A stretch of 56,337 bases of DNA from a virus. Its lineage: Duplodnaviria > Caudoviricetes. The notes beneath the pieces were generated by a model. The model saw nothing but the letters and a program-made list of their open reading frames with translations, made no database searches and was not told where the DNA came from. Below, one piece after another: positions 19,757-28,899 of the stretch (its first letter is position 1; each line of letters starts with the position of its first letter). The position numbers and the translations under genes are program-made. The DNA lies in the IMG/VR virus record IMGVR_UViG_3300033993_002821, positions 1 to 56,337 of that record. The stretch is one strand, 5' to 3'.

Positions 19757-20101
19757 ATGTCGGCTCTCGGGAAGAAGCTGCGAAAGGCCGATGGCGGCAT
19801 GGTGCTTTTCTGGTGTCCTGGATGTCGGAGCGGGCATCAGATTCGGGTCGACACGGCATTCGGGCCGGCCTGGGGCTTTAACGGTAGCGGTGACGCGCCG
19901 ACCTTTACGCCATCGGTGCTTGTCAAAGGCGCGCAGCGCCTGACTGAGGATGAGTATCAGCGCGTGATGGCTGGCGAGACCGTGAAGACTGACCCGCTCG
20001 TCTGCCACTCCTTCGTGACCGATGGTCGCATTCAGTTCCTTGACGACTGCACCCATGCGCTTGGCGGGCAGACTGTAGATTTGCCGGACTGGCCGCAATG
20101 A
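19757..20101 (+). CDS. DUF6527-like Cys/His protein
   Basis: FWCPGC...H, WGFNG...PTFTPSVL, CHSFV.DG.IQFL.DCTH. Confidence 0.75.
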   Translation: MSALGKKLRKADGGMVLFWCPGCRSGHQIRVDTAFGPAWGFNGSGDAPTFTPSVLVKGAQRLTEDEYQRVMAGETVKTDPLVCHSFVTDGRIQFLDDCTHALGGQTVDLPDWPQ

Positions 20102-20409
20102 TCGGTTTCATCCTTCGCAACTGGCGTGTTGTCGCTGCCCTTGCCGCGCTGGTGGCGGCCTTCGTCGGCGGCTGGCAGGCGGGCAGCCAATACCAGACAA
20201 GCAGGTATCAGCGCGCCGAGCTGGCGCGCGCCGCTGAGACGGCGGCGCTGGCCGCCGACATCAACCGCGCCGAAGCCCGGCGGCTGGCCGCCGAAGCCGA
20301 AGCGGACGCAATTCTGAAGGGGGTTCAAGATGACGCGCGCACTGATCCTGATGGTGACCTGCCTGCTCTCGGCGTGCGGGACGCGCAACGACTTAACGCC
20401 ATCCGTTGA
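20098..20409 (+). CDS. i-spanin (Rz-like)
   Basis: N-terminal TM plus Ala-rich coiled coil. Confidence 0.72.
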   Translation: MIGFILRNWRVVAALAALVAAFVGGWQAGSQYQTSRYQRAELARAAETAALAADINRAEARRLAAEAEADAILKGVQDDARTDPDGDLPALGVRDAQRLNAIR

Positions 20410-20578
20410 GTTGCTGCCCCCGTCGCTTTCGGCACCATGCGATGACCCGGTCTATGTGCCGGAGCGGGACATCACCCGAACCGAGACGGTCCTTCTGTGG
20501 ACGCGGGACCGGCGCGCGCTGACCGCCTGCAGCGCGCGCCACGACGGCCTTGTCGCGGCCCTGTCGGGGCCGCAATGA
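20330..20578 (+). CDS. o-spanin lipoprotein (Rz1-like)
   Basis: Lipobox LSAC, Pro-rich, overlaps Rz in another frame. Confidence 0.78.
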   Translation: MTRALILMVTCLLSACGTRNDLTPSVELLPPSLSAPCDDPVYVPERDITRTETVLLWTRDRRALTACSARHDGLVAALSGPQ

Positions 20579-20605
20579 CGCCAAGACACGACCCTATAGA
20601 AGACC

Positions 20606-20646
20606 AAAGCCCCCCGCCCGGTTCGCCGGTGCGGGGGGCTTTTTTG
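20606..20646. terminator. Bidirectional intrinsic terminator
   Basis: AAAGCCCCCCGC...GCGGGGGGCTTTTTT between convergent genes. Confidence 0.85.
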
Positions 20647-20662
20647 CGTTTCCGGGGTTGGG

Positions 20663-20893
20663 TCAGGCCGTGGCGTCCTCAAGGTAGCTGAACACCTCGT
20701 CCAAGCTGTTGAAGGCATTCTCAAGGGCGTCGGCGGCTGCCTCTGACTGCTGCCCGCGCTCTGTCTGCTGTAAGCCTTCGGGCAGGTTGTCGAACGCCTC
20801 GCGTTCTTCGGAGGCAAGGCTTTCAATCTCGTCCTTCAGGACGCTGAGTTGCTCGCTGATTTTGCTGATCTGGGCGCGGCGTTCTTTGTTCAT
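20663..20893 (-). CDS. Small acidic coiled-coil protein
   Basis: GAGGA RBS; MNKERRAQI...EEREAFDNLPEGLQQTERG. Confidence 0.75.
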   Translation of the reverse strand: MNKERRAQISKISEQLSVLKDEIESLASEEREAFDNLPEGLQQTERGQQSEAAADALENAFNSLDEVFSYLEDATA

Positions 20894-20947
20894 GGTCTTT
20901 GTCCTCATCAATCCGGGCAGCAACCGCGCTGCCATGTGATAAAGATA

Positions 20948-20964
20948 GTTGGATTAAATCCAAC
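20948..20964. promoter_or_regulatory. Putative repressor operator (perfect palindrome)
   Basis: GTTGGATTAAATCCAAC; on the minus strand it is followed by TATCTT (-10-like). Confidence 0.8.
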
Positions 20965-21006
20965 CTGCCAGAGGGGGGCGCAAAATTTCTCCAATGGAAT
21001 CGTGTT

Positions 21007-22620
21007 TCAAGCAGCAAACCGACCGAACGATATGGGGGGGAAGCGTGTGTAACGCCCCCTCGCCACCACCGTCCCCCCCCAATCTGCGGCCCCTTCGACG
21101 CCGATCAGGGCAGAGAGGTGGCCGATCACATCGACCTCAACCCGCCCGTCGGGCCGGTCGTGAACCACCACGCGGTCGATCAGGGCGCGGATGGCGTCGA
21201 TCACGTCCTTGTCCGTCTCGGGGTCCAGAGTGGTCAGGTGCGGGGCCGCCGCTGTCAGAAGGTCGGCATATTGGCGCAGGGCCGCCGGATGCAGCACGAC
21301 GATCTGTGCGTCGGGAGCCTCTGCCAGACGGGCCTTCGCCTCGGCCAGGTCGCGCCGGAGAGGCGCTATTTCGCGATCAAAGAAGTCTTCGTCCACGCGC
21401 CCGGCGATCAGGGCCTTGCGCAGCCGGTCAATCTCGCCTTCAACCTTGGCAACCGACCGTTCGGCTGCAGCCCGCGCCTTGGCGGTGCCGCGCCGGTCCT
21501 CCTGCTGTGCCTCGATGTAGTGCTCAAGCCATTCGGGCCTGCGCATCCGGTCGATCAGACCGGACACGACCGCCTTTTCGATCAGATCAAGCCGATAGGA
21601 CTTGGTGTTGGTGCAGCTTCCCGATTCCCGCATCGTGCTGCATTTGATCCGGATCGCGTCGCCCCTTCGGTCGTGCATGGTCATCCCGCCACCGCAGACA
21701 GGGCAGCGCAGCAATCCCGACAGGAGGCGCGTCCTGCGCCGCACGCCCACAGGCATGTCATGCGACCGCCCGGCCTTTTCCGCCTGTGCCCGCTGCCATT
21801 CGGGTGGCGGAATGATGGCAAGGTCCGGCACCTCTGCCACCTTCCATTCGCTTTCAGGATTGGCGCGGGGCACCCGCCTGCCGGTGTCCGGGTCGCGGAC
21901 CATGCGCGTCTTGTTCCAGACGATCCGGCCCGAATAAAGGGCGTTCAGGATGATCCCGTGGCCGCGCTGCTTATTGCCGTTGATCGTGCTGGCAGCCCAT
22001 TTTGCCCCGCGCGGGGCGGGTATGCCTTCGGCGTTCAGCCGGTTGGCAATGTCGCGCGGGGCCGCCCCGGCCAGATATTCGCAGAAGATGCGCCGGACAA
22101 TCTCTGCCTCGGATTCGCAGATTTCCAAGACGCCCGGATGACCCAAGACGGTGCGGTATCCGTAGGCGCGCCCCCCGGCATGCCGCCCGTCCTTGACCAC
22201 GGCGGCCAGACCGCGCCGGGTCTTGTGCCGCAGGTCGTTGATCCAGAGCGTTGAGACAAGGCCACGGATGCCGACCTGCAGCGCGTCGGCAAGGCCGTCA
22301 TGCACGGCCACGATTTGGATTCCCGCAAAGGTCAGGCGTTTGTGCAGCCCGGCCAGGTCTTCGGTGTCGCGGCTCAGGCGGTCGAGCGCCTCGACAACGA
22401 CGACGTCGAATTCGCCTGCTCGGGCGTCATGAAGGAGACGATGTAGCCCGTCGCGTCCGTGGGTGGTGGTGCCGCTGCGGGCGCGGTCGTGGTATCGGCC
22501 GACGACCTCAAGCCCGGTGCGCAGCGCGAAGTCTTCGCAGAGGGTGGTCTGATCTTCGACCGACCGGTCGTTTTGCAATTCAGTCGAGAATCGCGCGTAG
22601 ACAGCGGCCCGTCTTTGCAT
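21007..22620 (-). CDS. Large serine integrase
   Basis: YARFST..Q, EALDRLSR, recombinase domain, LSGLLRCPVCG zinc ribbon. Confidence 0.95.
   Translation of the reverse strand: MQRRAAVYARFSTELQNDRSVEDQTTLCEDFALRTGLEVVGRYHDRARSGTTTHGRDGLHRLLHDARAGEFDVVVVEALDRLSRDTEDLAGLHKRLTFAGIQIVAVHDGLADALQVGIRGLVSTLWINDLRHKTRRGLAAVVKDGRHAGGRAYGYRTVLGHPGVLEICESEAEIVRRIFCEYLAGAAPRDIANRLNAEGIPAPRGAKWAASTINGNKQRGHGIILNALYSGRIVWNKTRMVRDPDTGRRVPRANPESEWKVAEVPDLAIIPPPEWQRAQAEKAGRSHDMPVGVRRRTRLLSGLLRCPVCGGGMTMHDRRGDAIRIKCSTMRESGSCTNTKSYRLDLIEKAVVSGLIDRMRRPEWLEHYIEAQQEDRRGTAKARAAAERSVAKVEGEIDRLRKALIAGRVDEDFFDREIAPLRRDLAEAKARLAEAPDAQIVVLHPAALRQYADLLTAAAPHLTTLDPETDKDVIDAIRALIDRVVVHDRPDGRVEVDVIGHLSALIGVEGAADWGGTVVARGRYTRFPPISFGRFAA
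21031..21083. other. Putative attP within the integrase 3' end
   Basis: Imperfect inverted G-run and C-run arms around CGCCCCCTCGCCACCA, a tRNA 3'-end-like 16-mer. Confidence 0.55.
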
Positions 22621-22749
22621 GTACCCAATCCATCATCAATCACGGCACCCGCCCCGCCCCGCCGCGCCACAAGCGCCTGCAGTGCCCGGATCAGGTCCGA
22701 GGCAAGGATACGCGGGACGGGCGGCATGTCCATCGGGGATTTCCGGCGA

Positions 22750-23004
22750 TCAGACCGAGGCGGCCGGATCGGTGAAAGTCATTTCGCCGACAACCACGCT
22801 GGTCTTGACCCCCAGAAACCGGGCGGCAAGGGCGATCTCGGCAATCGTGGCCTCGGCCTCCTTCCCGAGAATCCGGCGGACCCGGCGGGCGTCGGACCCG
22901 ATGGCCGCGCCCACCTCGGCCAGAGAGGCGTTCTTGAAGGCCATCAGGGCGGCAAGCCGGGTCGCAATCGTGTCGTTCACCGTGTCGATGTCAGGCGTCG
23001 TCAT
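22750..23004 (-). CDS. Small HTH-like protein (possible excisionase/RDF)
   Basis: SLAEVGAAIGSDARRVRRIL; upstream of integrase. Confidence 0.5.
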   Translation of the reverse strand: MTTPDIDTVNDTIATRLAALMAFKNASLAEVGAAIGSDARRVRRILGKEAEATIAEIALAARFLGVKTSVVVGEMTFTDPAASV

Positions 23005-23081
23005 CTGAAAGATCTCCGTCTGGATGTTCGGGGCGGCGGGGGCCGGGTCATCCGGCCCGCCGCCGGTGCTGCGGCGCGGGG

Positions 23082-24209
23082 TCAGCCGTCCGACTGAAGG
23101 CTTTCGTCGGCCTCGGCCCAGCCATCGTTCCACGCGTCAAACAGGCGCTGGGACTTGCGCAGGTCGGCGGGGCAGGCCGTGGGCTTGCGGCCCGCCCTGC
23201 GCGCCGCGTCGCCCTGCTGCCGGGCGGCGGCAAGCTGTTCGTCGGTCACTGCCGGCTCTTCGCTTTCTGCCGCGTCCGGCGGGTCGCCGGGGCCGGGACC
23301 GGCGGTGTCCGCCGGGCCGTCTGGGGCGGGGCCAGGACCGGCCTGCGGTGCGGCCTGGGCGGCGTCGTGCGGCGCTTTGGCCTGCCCGGCAATCGCGGCC
23401 AGCTTGCCCGCCGTGCCGCGCGCCGCCTCGACCCCGGCCTTGGCGTCGGTCCTGGCGGGGAAATAATCCTCGACCGTCTGTTCGCCGGACTTGATCGCCT
23501 TGTACATCGCGCCGAGCGTGGCAATTTCGTCCAGCCCGATGTCGTCCAGACCGTCAACGTCCAGGCAGGCGAAAATCTGGTCCGGCACGATCCCCCAGGC
23601 TGCGAAGGCTTTAATCGCGTCGCCCCGGCGCACGGCAAGAGTCTTCACGTCGCCCGCGATCACGTTCTCTGCCGCGTCGTAAGCTTCGCGCCAAAGGGCT
23701 TTCGGCACGCCTTTCAGCACTGCCTCGCGCAGGGCGATGGAGCAGGCGGCGTTGCCGGTGACGATGATCATGTCGTCGTTGAACAGGCGACCGGTCTTGT
23801 CCACGATCCGGCGGCGAACGCGGGCGGTGCGCTTCATGCCCGATTGCAGGTCGACAAAAACGCCTTCGGCCTCAACGTATTTCTCGTGGCGGTTCACATC
23901 GACAACCCGGCTGCCAAGGTGGCAGTTGCCGTACTGGCTGGCGACGATCTCGGCGAAGCGGATGGACGGTCCCTTGATCGGTTTGCCGCCTCTCGGCAGG
24001 GCGTAAACGCATTCTTGGGCGGTTTCTTCGTCCAGCATGACAAGTTCAAGAATGTTGTTTTTCACCGCGACAAGCTGGCGGGGAAACTTCTTGGCGGTCG
24101 AGACCGCGCTGTCGATTTCGACCTGCGCCAGCCGGACGGCAAGGCTATCGGTGGTGTCGGAAAGCTGCGGCAGAGCGCCTGCGTCTGATGCGGGGACAAG
24201 GGTGTTCAT
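23082..24209 (-). CDS. Conserved phage protein, putative single-strand annealing protein
   Basis: EID..VSTAKKFPR...YALPRGGKPIKGPSIRFAE; same operon as YqaJ exonuclease. Confidence 0.55.
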   Translation of the reverse strand: MNTLVPASDAGALPQLSDTTDSLAVRLAQVEIDSAVSTAKKFPRQLVAVKNNILELVMLDEETAQECVYALPRGGKPIKGPSIRFAEIVASQYGNCHLGSRVVDVNRHEKYVEAEGVFVDLQSGMKRTARVRRRIVDKTGRLFNDDMIIVTGNAACSIALREAVLKGVPKALWREAYDAAENVIAGDVKTLAVRRGDAIKAFAAWGIVPDQIFACLDVDGLDDIGLDEIATLGAMYKAIKSGEQTVEDYFPARTDAKAGVEAARGTAGKLAAIAGQAKAPHDAAQAAPQAGPGPAPDGPADTAGPGPGDPPDAAESEEPAVTDEQLAAARQQGDAARRAGRKPTACPADLRKSQRLFDAWNDGWAEADESLQSDG

Positions 24210-24275
24210 GGAATTCCTTTCAGCAGGGAAAAGTGGGGGGCAGGGGCCGTGCTTTGCGGCCTCGGGGGGCTTGGG

Positions 24276-24509
24276 TCAGGCGATCAGGCGGCGAATGAGT
24301 GCTGCGACCTCGGCGACCGTCTTGGCGGATTCAAGATCGTCGTCGTAGATTTCGATGCTGAACTCTTCCTCAAGCGCCATCGTGATTTCGATGATGGCAA
24401 GGCTGTCAGCGCCGAGGTCGGCAAAGGATGCCGTGTCGGTCACTGCCCCCATGTCAATTTCGAGGTGGTCAGCGATGATCTTCTTCAGGCGGTCATCAAG
24501 GTCTTCCAT
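24276..24509 (-). CDS. acpP: Acyl carrier protein
   Basis: 77 aa acidic; DLGADSL phosphopantetheine motif; MALEEEF.IEI.DD. Confidence 0.92.
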   Translation of the reverse strand: MEDLDDRLKKIIADHLEIDMGAVTDTASFADLGADSLAIIEITMALEEEFSIEIYDDDLESAKTVAEVAALIRRLIA

Positions 24510-24568
24510 TCTGCGGGTCCTTCTGTTTCGGGGAAGCGCGGGCGGGGCCGGTGGCGGCCCCGGGTGTG

Positions 24569-24844
24569 TCAGGGTTTGTCAGCTTCGGAGGCGTTCGCGG
24601 TGCCGCGAAAGGGCACGCTGACGGCGGGCGCATCTGGCAGGCTGGGCCCCTCGGGCACAGGGGGCGTCCCTGGCAGGTCAGGCTCGGCAATCAGGGCCAG
24701 CAGCTCCGTCGCCACCTTGAGCGACGTCTTGATTTCCTTGAGGTCGGTGGACGAGTAGATGCCGCCTGTCATCTGGCTGTTCGCTTCGGCGACGTGGCGC
24801 ATTGCAATACCGGCGATCCGGGGTGATGGAACGGAGTCGGGCAT
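24569..24844 (-). CDS. Hypothetical protein
   Basis: AAGGAGG RBS before MPDSVPSP. Confidence 0.6.
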   Translation of the reverse strand: MPDSVPSPRIAGIAMRHVAEANSQMTGGIYSSTDLKEIKTSLKVATELLALIAEPDLPGTPPVPEGPSLPDAPAVSVPFRGTANASEADKP

Positions 24845-24894
24845 GATGCCTCCTTGGTGGGTTGGGGACGGGGCCGGGAGGCCCCGCGCTGTGA

Positions 24895-24996
24895 TCAGGA
24901 AAGGAGGGCCGCCACCACGGCGGTCACAACGATGGCAGCGGCAATAATGGCAAGCGCCACCCATTCTCCGGCCGGGCCGATGGGGTCCTGGGGCAT
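24895..24996 (-). CDS. 33-aa membrane peptide
   Basis: MPQDPIGPAGEWVALAIIAAAIVVTAVVALLS; coupled to upstream stop. Confidence 0.5.
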   Translation of the reverse strand: MPQDPIGPAGEWVALAIIAAAIVVTAVVAALLS

Positions 24997-25298
24997 CAGC
25001 GTCGCCCAGCGCCGACGCCGGGCAGGCCGCGCTGGCGGTGCCACTGCGCCTGCGGCATGCCGACGGGCATTTTCCGGGCGCGGCGGGCCGTCTGCCTGCG
25101 CACCTGCCGGGTGTCCGCCGCCTCGGGGGCCGCCGCAAGCCGCTTTGCCTGTGCGGCGCGCTGCGCCGCCTCCCGCGCGCGGGCGCGCTGGACGCCCGGC
25201 CTAGGCTTCGCCGATTTCGGCGAAGACCCGAAGGCCCCCGGATCGATCTTCATCATCCGGTTGAAGTTCCGGGCAAGACCGGCAAAGAACGCTTTCAT
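24996..25298 (-). CDS. Hypothetical basic protein
   Basis: Translationally coupled in left operon. Confidence 0.55.
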   Translation of the reverse strand: MKAFFAGLARNFNRMMKIDPGAFGSSPKSAKPRPGVQRARAREAAQRAAQAKRLAAAPEAADTRQVRRQTARRARKMPVGMPQAQWHRQRGLPGVGAGRR

Positions 25299-25642
25299 GC
25301 CGCGCCCCCGTCCCCGTCGCCGTCAACCTCGGCCTGCGGCTCTGCGCCGGGCAGCCGCTCGGCCGTTCCGGCGGGAACCGATCCGGCCTGCGTCGTGAAG
25401 CTGTGCAGCGTGCCCAGTGCCTCAAGCTGGCGTTTCAGATCGGCCACCCGTTCGGCCACCCGCGTCATGTGCCCGGGGTCGGTCATGTCGCTGAGAATCG
25501 CCGCGTTGACCGTCAGCCTCCCGCCCCGGATGGCCAGCGGCGTGGCCTTGCCGAAAATGAAGGGGCCAAGTTCGGCGCTGGCCGCAGGACCTGGGGTCCA
25601 GCTTGCGCCGATCTTGATGGCCTGTTCCGTCTTTCTGGTCAT
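25295..25642 (-). CDS. Hypothetical protein
   Basis: AAGGA RBS, operon context. Confidence 0.6.
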   Translation of the reverse strand: MTRKTEQAIKIGASWTPGPAASAELGPFIFGKATPLAIRGGRLTVNAAILSDMTDPGHMTRVAERVADLKRQLEALGTLHSFTTQAGSVPAGTAERLPGAEPQAEVDGDGDGGAA

Positions 25643-25672
25643 GATTTTCCTTTCTGGGGTGTGTCGCGCCGG

Positions 25673-26278
25673 TCAGGCGGCGGTTGGCCGGCTCTTGGCG
25701 TAGTGGACGGCGGGCGGGATCAGCCGCCCCAGCCGGATCACGTTCTGCAGGATCACCCGTGCGGCCTCGGCATCGGCCATGGCATCATGGGCAGCGGTGA
25801 TCGTGTGTCCGAAGAAGGCGGCGCTTTCGCGCAGGTTGGGGTAGCCGCGCTTGGCGGGCGTGAACCCGTCAACCTCTTTCATCGCCCGCTGGACGCAGGT
25901 CTGCAGGGTCCGATCGAACAGATCGGGCATTTGCGCGCGGCGCAGCTCGGCCCGCATCACCTTGCAGTCGAACTGCGCGTTGAAGGCGCAGATCGCAAAG
26001 CCCTGTTCGATGTAGCAGCTGTAGGCATCAAGGGCGGTCTTCACCGGCACGCCGTTGGCCTGCAGGAAGGCGTCCGTCAACCCGTTGATCCGCGCAGCCT
26101 CGGTGCCGTCCACGCTCCATCCGTCGGGACGGATGTAAAGTTTGTGCGCGGCACGCACGCCCCCCTCTTCGTCAGTCTGGATCATGGCAACGGAGCAAAG
26201 CCGGGGCTGGCCGTATCCGTCGGCGGGCTTTGAAAAGTCGAAAAGCCCATTCGTTTCGGTGTCGATTACCAGGTACAT
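25673..26278 (-). CDS. DEDDh 3'-5' exonuclease (DnaQ-like)
   Basis: IDTETNG, AFNAQFD, AHDAMAD. Confidence 0.9.
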   Translation of the reverse strand: MYLVIDTETNGLFDFSKPADGYGQPRLCSVAMIQTDEEGGVRAAHKLYIRPDGWSVDGTEAARINGLTDAFLQANGVPVKTALDAYSCYIEQGFAICAFNAQFDCKVMRAELRRAQMPDLFDRTLQTCVQRAMKEVDGFTPAKRGYPNLRESAAFFGHTITAAHDAMADAEAARVILQNVIRLGRLIPPAVHYAKSRPTAA

Positions 26279-26339
26279 GCGCGGTCCTTTCATGGCGGCG
26301 CGGGTGAAAAAATCGGGGACAGGACAGGGGCGGCGCGGG

Positions 26340-27119
26340 TCAGCCCCGGAAGGTCGCTTTCGTGGAAAGGGCAAATGTGACGCCGGGCCAGGACGCGGCG
26401 TTCTTCTGAATCTTCACCATGCTGTTCAGGGCGGCCTCGACCGCGTCCCTTTTGAGGTATGGCCCGAGCACGCCCAGCGGTCCGATGGCCGCAATGTAAT
26501 CGTCGATCCGGGCGGTCCAGGTTTCGCGTGCGTCCCCGGAAATGCCGTTGCCGCGCACCGCCGCCAGTTCGGATGTGGACGCCGCTGCAACCCCGGCGGC
26601 GTGGTCGGCCTGTGCTTCCAGCTGCTCTGCCCGCGCCTCGGCCCGCCCGGCGGCTTCCGGGGTCTTTGCGGCTTCGGCCTTTTCGCGCTCTCTGTCGGCC
26701 CGTTCGCGCGCCTCCTGCTTTTCACGCTGGGCCTTGGCCCGCGCCTCGGCGGCCTGACGGCGCATGAACTCGTCGGCGGCGCGCTGCAGAGGTTCGGTCG
26801 CGTCGTCCAGCGCGGCACCGAAGCCTTTGAAAAAGGCGTCCAGCCGGCGCTTGCCGTCCAGCAGCGGGCGTCCTTCGGTTTCCCGCTCGGCCTCGATTTC
26901 CTTGAACAGGGCGCGGCATTCGACGATGTAGGTGCCGACGGCGATCTGCTGAGCCTCGGTATCGACCCTGGCGGGCAGCGTCCTGCCCCGCGCCACCAAG
27001 GCCTCGACGCGGGCGGCCAGATCGGCAAAGTCGGCCTCAAGCACGGTTTGAATCGGGGCCTTGTTCTGGCCGAAAATCTGATCGACCACGTGGGTCCGGG
27101 TCGCGGTAACAGCGTTCAT
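26340..27119 (-). CDS. Coiled-coil phage protein in recombination module
   Basis: AGGAG RBS; charged coiled coil; ends WPGVTF. Confidence 0.7.
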   Translation of the reverse strand: MNAVTATRTHVVDQIFGQNKAPIQTVLEADFADLAARVEALVARGRTLPARVDTEAQQIAVGTYIVECRALFKEIEAERETEGRPLLDGKRRLDAFFKGFGAALDDATEPLQRAADEFMRRQAAEARAKAQREKQEARERADREREKAEAAKTPEAAGRAEARAEQLEAQADHAAGVAAASTSELAAVRGNGISGDARETWTARIDDYIAAIGPLGVLGPYLKRDAVEAALNSMVKIQKNAASWPGVTFALSTKATFRG

Positions 27120-27134
27120 CTGCGGTTTCTCCTG

Positions 27135-28067
27135 TCAGGGGGTTCTGGGGTAGGTCAGCGCGCGGCAGACAGACGGCGGCGTGGTGGTGGCGGCCCGGCG
27201 GCGCGTGCGCCATTCGATCTTCCAGCCGCCCGCAATGTGGGCGACCGTGGCCACCCCCATTTTCGATTTGACCTCGGCGTCCACTGCCGCGATCCGCGCC
27301 TCGGCGGCGCGCTTGGCCTCGGTCGCCTCTTGCCGGGCAGCCAGCAGTTCGGGGATGCGGTTGTCGCCGGTCAGGTCAACCTCTTCGCCGTCATCGTGCC
27401 AAGGATAGAGGCGGTCCAGCAGGCGCGCGTCGCGGGCGTAATCCGGCACCGGTTCGCGGTCTTCGGCGATCATCTGCCAGAACGCTGCGGTGCGGTCCCG
27501 GATGGCGTCGATCACGCCGGGCACCAGCGGCACCTCGATCAGCGGCATGTCGATGCCGTGGCCGATCACCAGCGGGGCCACCATCGCAAACTGCGCGCCC
27601 ACAAGATGCGCCTCAAGCGTGGCCTGCAGCGCGATCCACAGCGGAACCTCGGGCTCGCCGTCCGCGTCCAGCCATTTGCGGCGGTAGGCCGATTGTTCGA
27701 CCGATTTGATCTGGACAACCCCGCGCCCCCGCTCGGGCGTGTCAACGATGACGTCCGGCGTTGCCCCCAGCCGGGCGTCCGGGTCGCGGTAATAGGTGTT
27801 GGCCCCGGCGTTGTAGGTCACCGTCCAATGCGGCATGTCCTGGCGGATCAGCTGCACCGCCACAGGTTCCAGAAGCCGCCCCCGGCGCATGGCCGGGCTG
27901 TCCTCGACCGAGGTTGGCAGCCGGCCTGTCTTGAGCGCCCAGAGTTCGTACTGCGTCATGTATTCATGAGCGTTGAAGAGCGCGCCGACGGTCGAGGCGG
28001 TCACGTCCTGCCCGCGCGCGCGCATCCACGCGGCGCGGTCGCGCGGGGTGATGACCTCGACGGTCAT
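27135..28067 (-). CDS. YqaJ/lambda-exonuclease family protein
   Basis: W...R...VTAS, GRLLEP, LGATPD...QIKS. Confidence 0.9.
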   Translation of the reverse strand: MTVEVITPRDRAAWMRARGQDVTASTVGALFNAHEYMTQYELWALKTGRLPTSVEDSPAMRRGRLLEPVAVQLIRQDMPHWTVTYNAGANTYYRDPDARLGATPDVIVDTPERGRGVVQIKSVEQSAYRRKWLDADGEPEVPLWIALQATLEAHLVGAQFAMVAPLVIGHGIDMPLIEVPLVPGVIDAIRDRTAAFWQMIAEDREPVPDYARDARLLDRLYPWHDDGEEVDLTGDNRIPELLAARQEATEAKRAAEARIAAVDAEVKSKMGVATVAHIAGGWKIEWRTRRRAATTTPPSVCRALTYPRTP

Positions 28068-28420
28068 GCCAGCCCGCCCATGATGACAAACTCCCGGCTT
28101 TCGCCGTCCAGCAGATCACCATCGGGCGGAAAGGCCATCATGTCGGCATCGACCGGGTGGAGCGTGATCCGTTCGCGCCGGTCATGGTCATCGCCCAGCA
28201 GGTCGATCCGCACATCGACAGCAATGCCCTGCGGCGACACCAGCCGCTTGATCAGCGGCACCGAACACTGGTTGACGCTGTTGCTGTAGGTCACGATGGC
28301 CTTGCCGACCCCGTCATCCCGGATCGTGATTTCATCCGGCGGGGTGCAAGCGCTGCCGCCATAAGACTGGGCAAGGGCGGGGGCCGCAACGATTGCCGCA
28401 AGAAGGGCGCGGCGGATCAT
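28064..28420 (-). CDS. Exported hypothetical protein
   Basis: Signal peptide MIRRALLAAIVAAPALA, two Cys. Confidence 0.6.
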   Translation of the reverse strand: MIRRALLAAIVAAPALAQSYGGSACTPPDEITIRDDGVGKAIVTYSNSVNQCSVPLIKRLVSPQGIAVDVRIDLLGDDHDRRERITLHPVDADMMAFPPDGDLLDGESREFVIMGGLA

Positions 28421-28725
28421 GACAGCCCCCCCGCGCGGCGGGCCGCGTCTGTCCGGGCTTCCAGCCGAAGGTAGTCCAGCCTGTCGCGCAACTGCTGCTC
28501 TTCCCGGGCGGTGGCATGGGCAAAGCTGCAGATGCGGTCGGCCAGATCGTAAAGCTGTTCCGAGGTCAGCTTGTGGCCCTGCTTGGGGGCCGCAAGGCGC
28601 ATCAGGACAGCCGTGGCAACCAGACGCGCGGGAACCTCGTCAAGCTTTTCAGCTGCGGCTGTGACGGCATCAAGCGGGTGAGGCCGGGGGGGTGGCAGGG
28701 CACGGCGGCGGAAGAGGCGCAGCAT
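28417..28725 (-). CDS. Hypothetical protein
   Basis: Coupled ORF in left operon. Confidence 0.55.
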   Translation of the reverse strand: MLRLFRRRALPPPRPHPLDAVTAAAEKLDEVPARLVATAVLMRLAAPKQGHKLTSEQLYDLADRICSFAHATAREEQQLRDRLDYLRLEARTDAARRAGGLS

Positions 28726-28899
28726 TCAGCAGCCCTCCGCCGTGCAGGGGTGCAGCGCCGCGTGGGTGGCCCGCGTGACGGCGTTGTCAAGGAGGCGGGC
28801 AAAACAGACCGCCGCTGCCAGCGAAAAGATCAAAAGGGCACAGTTCCGCAGGCGAAGGCCGGTCGGTGCCGGGCGGGATTTGTGGCGGATGGCTGTCAT
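28726..28899 (-). CDS. Small membrane protein
   Basis: 57 aa MTAIRHKSRP...ALLIFSLAAAVCF; fills the gap with coupled start and stop. Confidence 0.5.
   Translation of the reverse strand: MTAIRHKSRPAPTGLRLRNCALLIFSLAAAVCFARLLDNAVTRATHAALHPCTAEGC

Noticed and set aside
21053-21068. tRNA gene
   Set aside because: Only a 3'-end-like 16-mer; no T-loop or cloverleaf upstream
22374-22733. 119-aa ORF overlapping the integrase start
   Set aside because: Mostly overlaps the integrase out of frame; the N-terminal part might be real but is unsupported
26142-28289. 715-aa plus-strand ORF
   Set aside because: Antisense shadow of the YqaJ operon; no motifs
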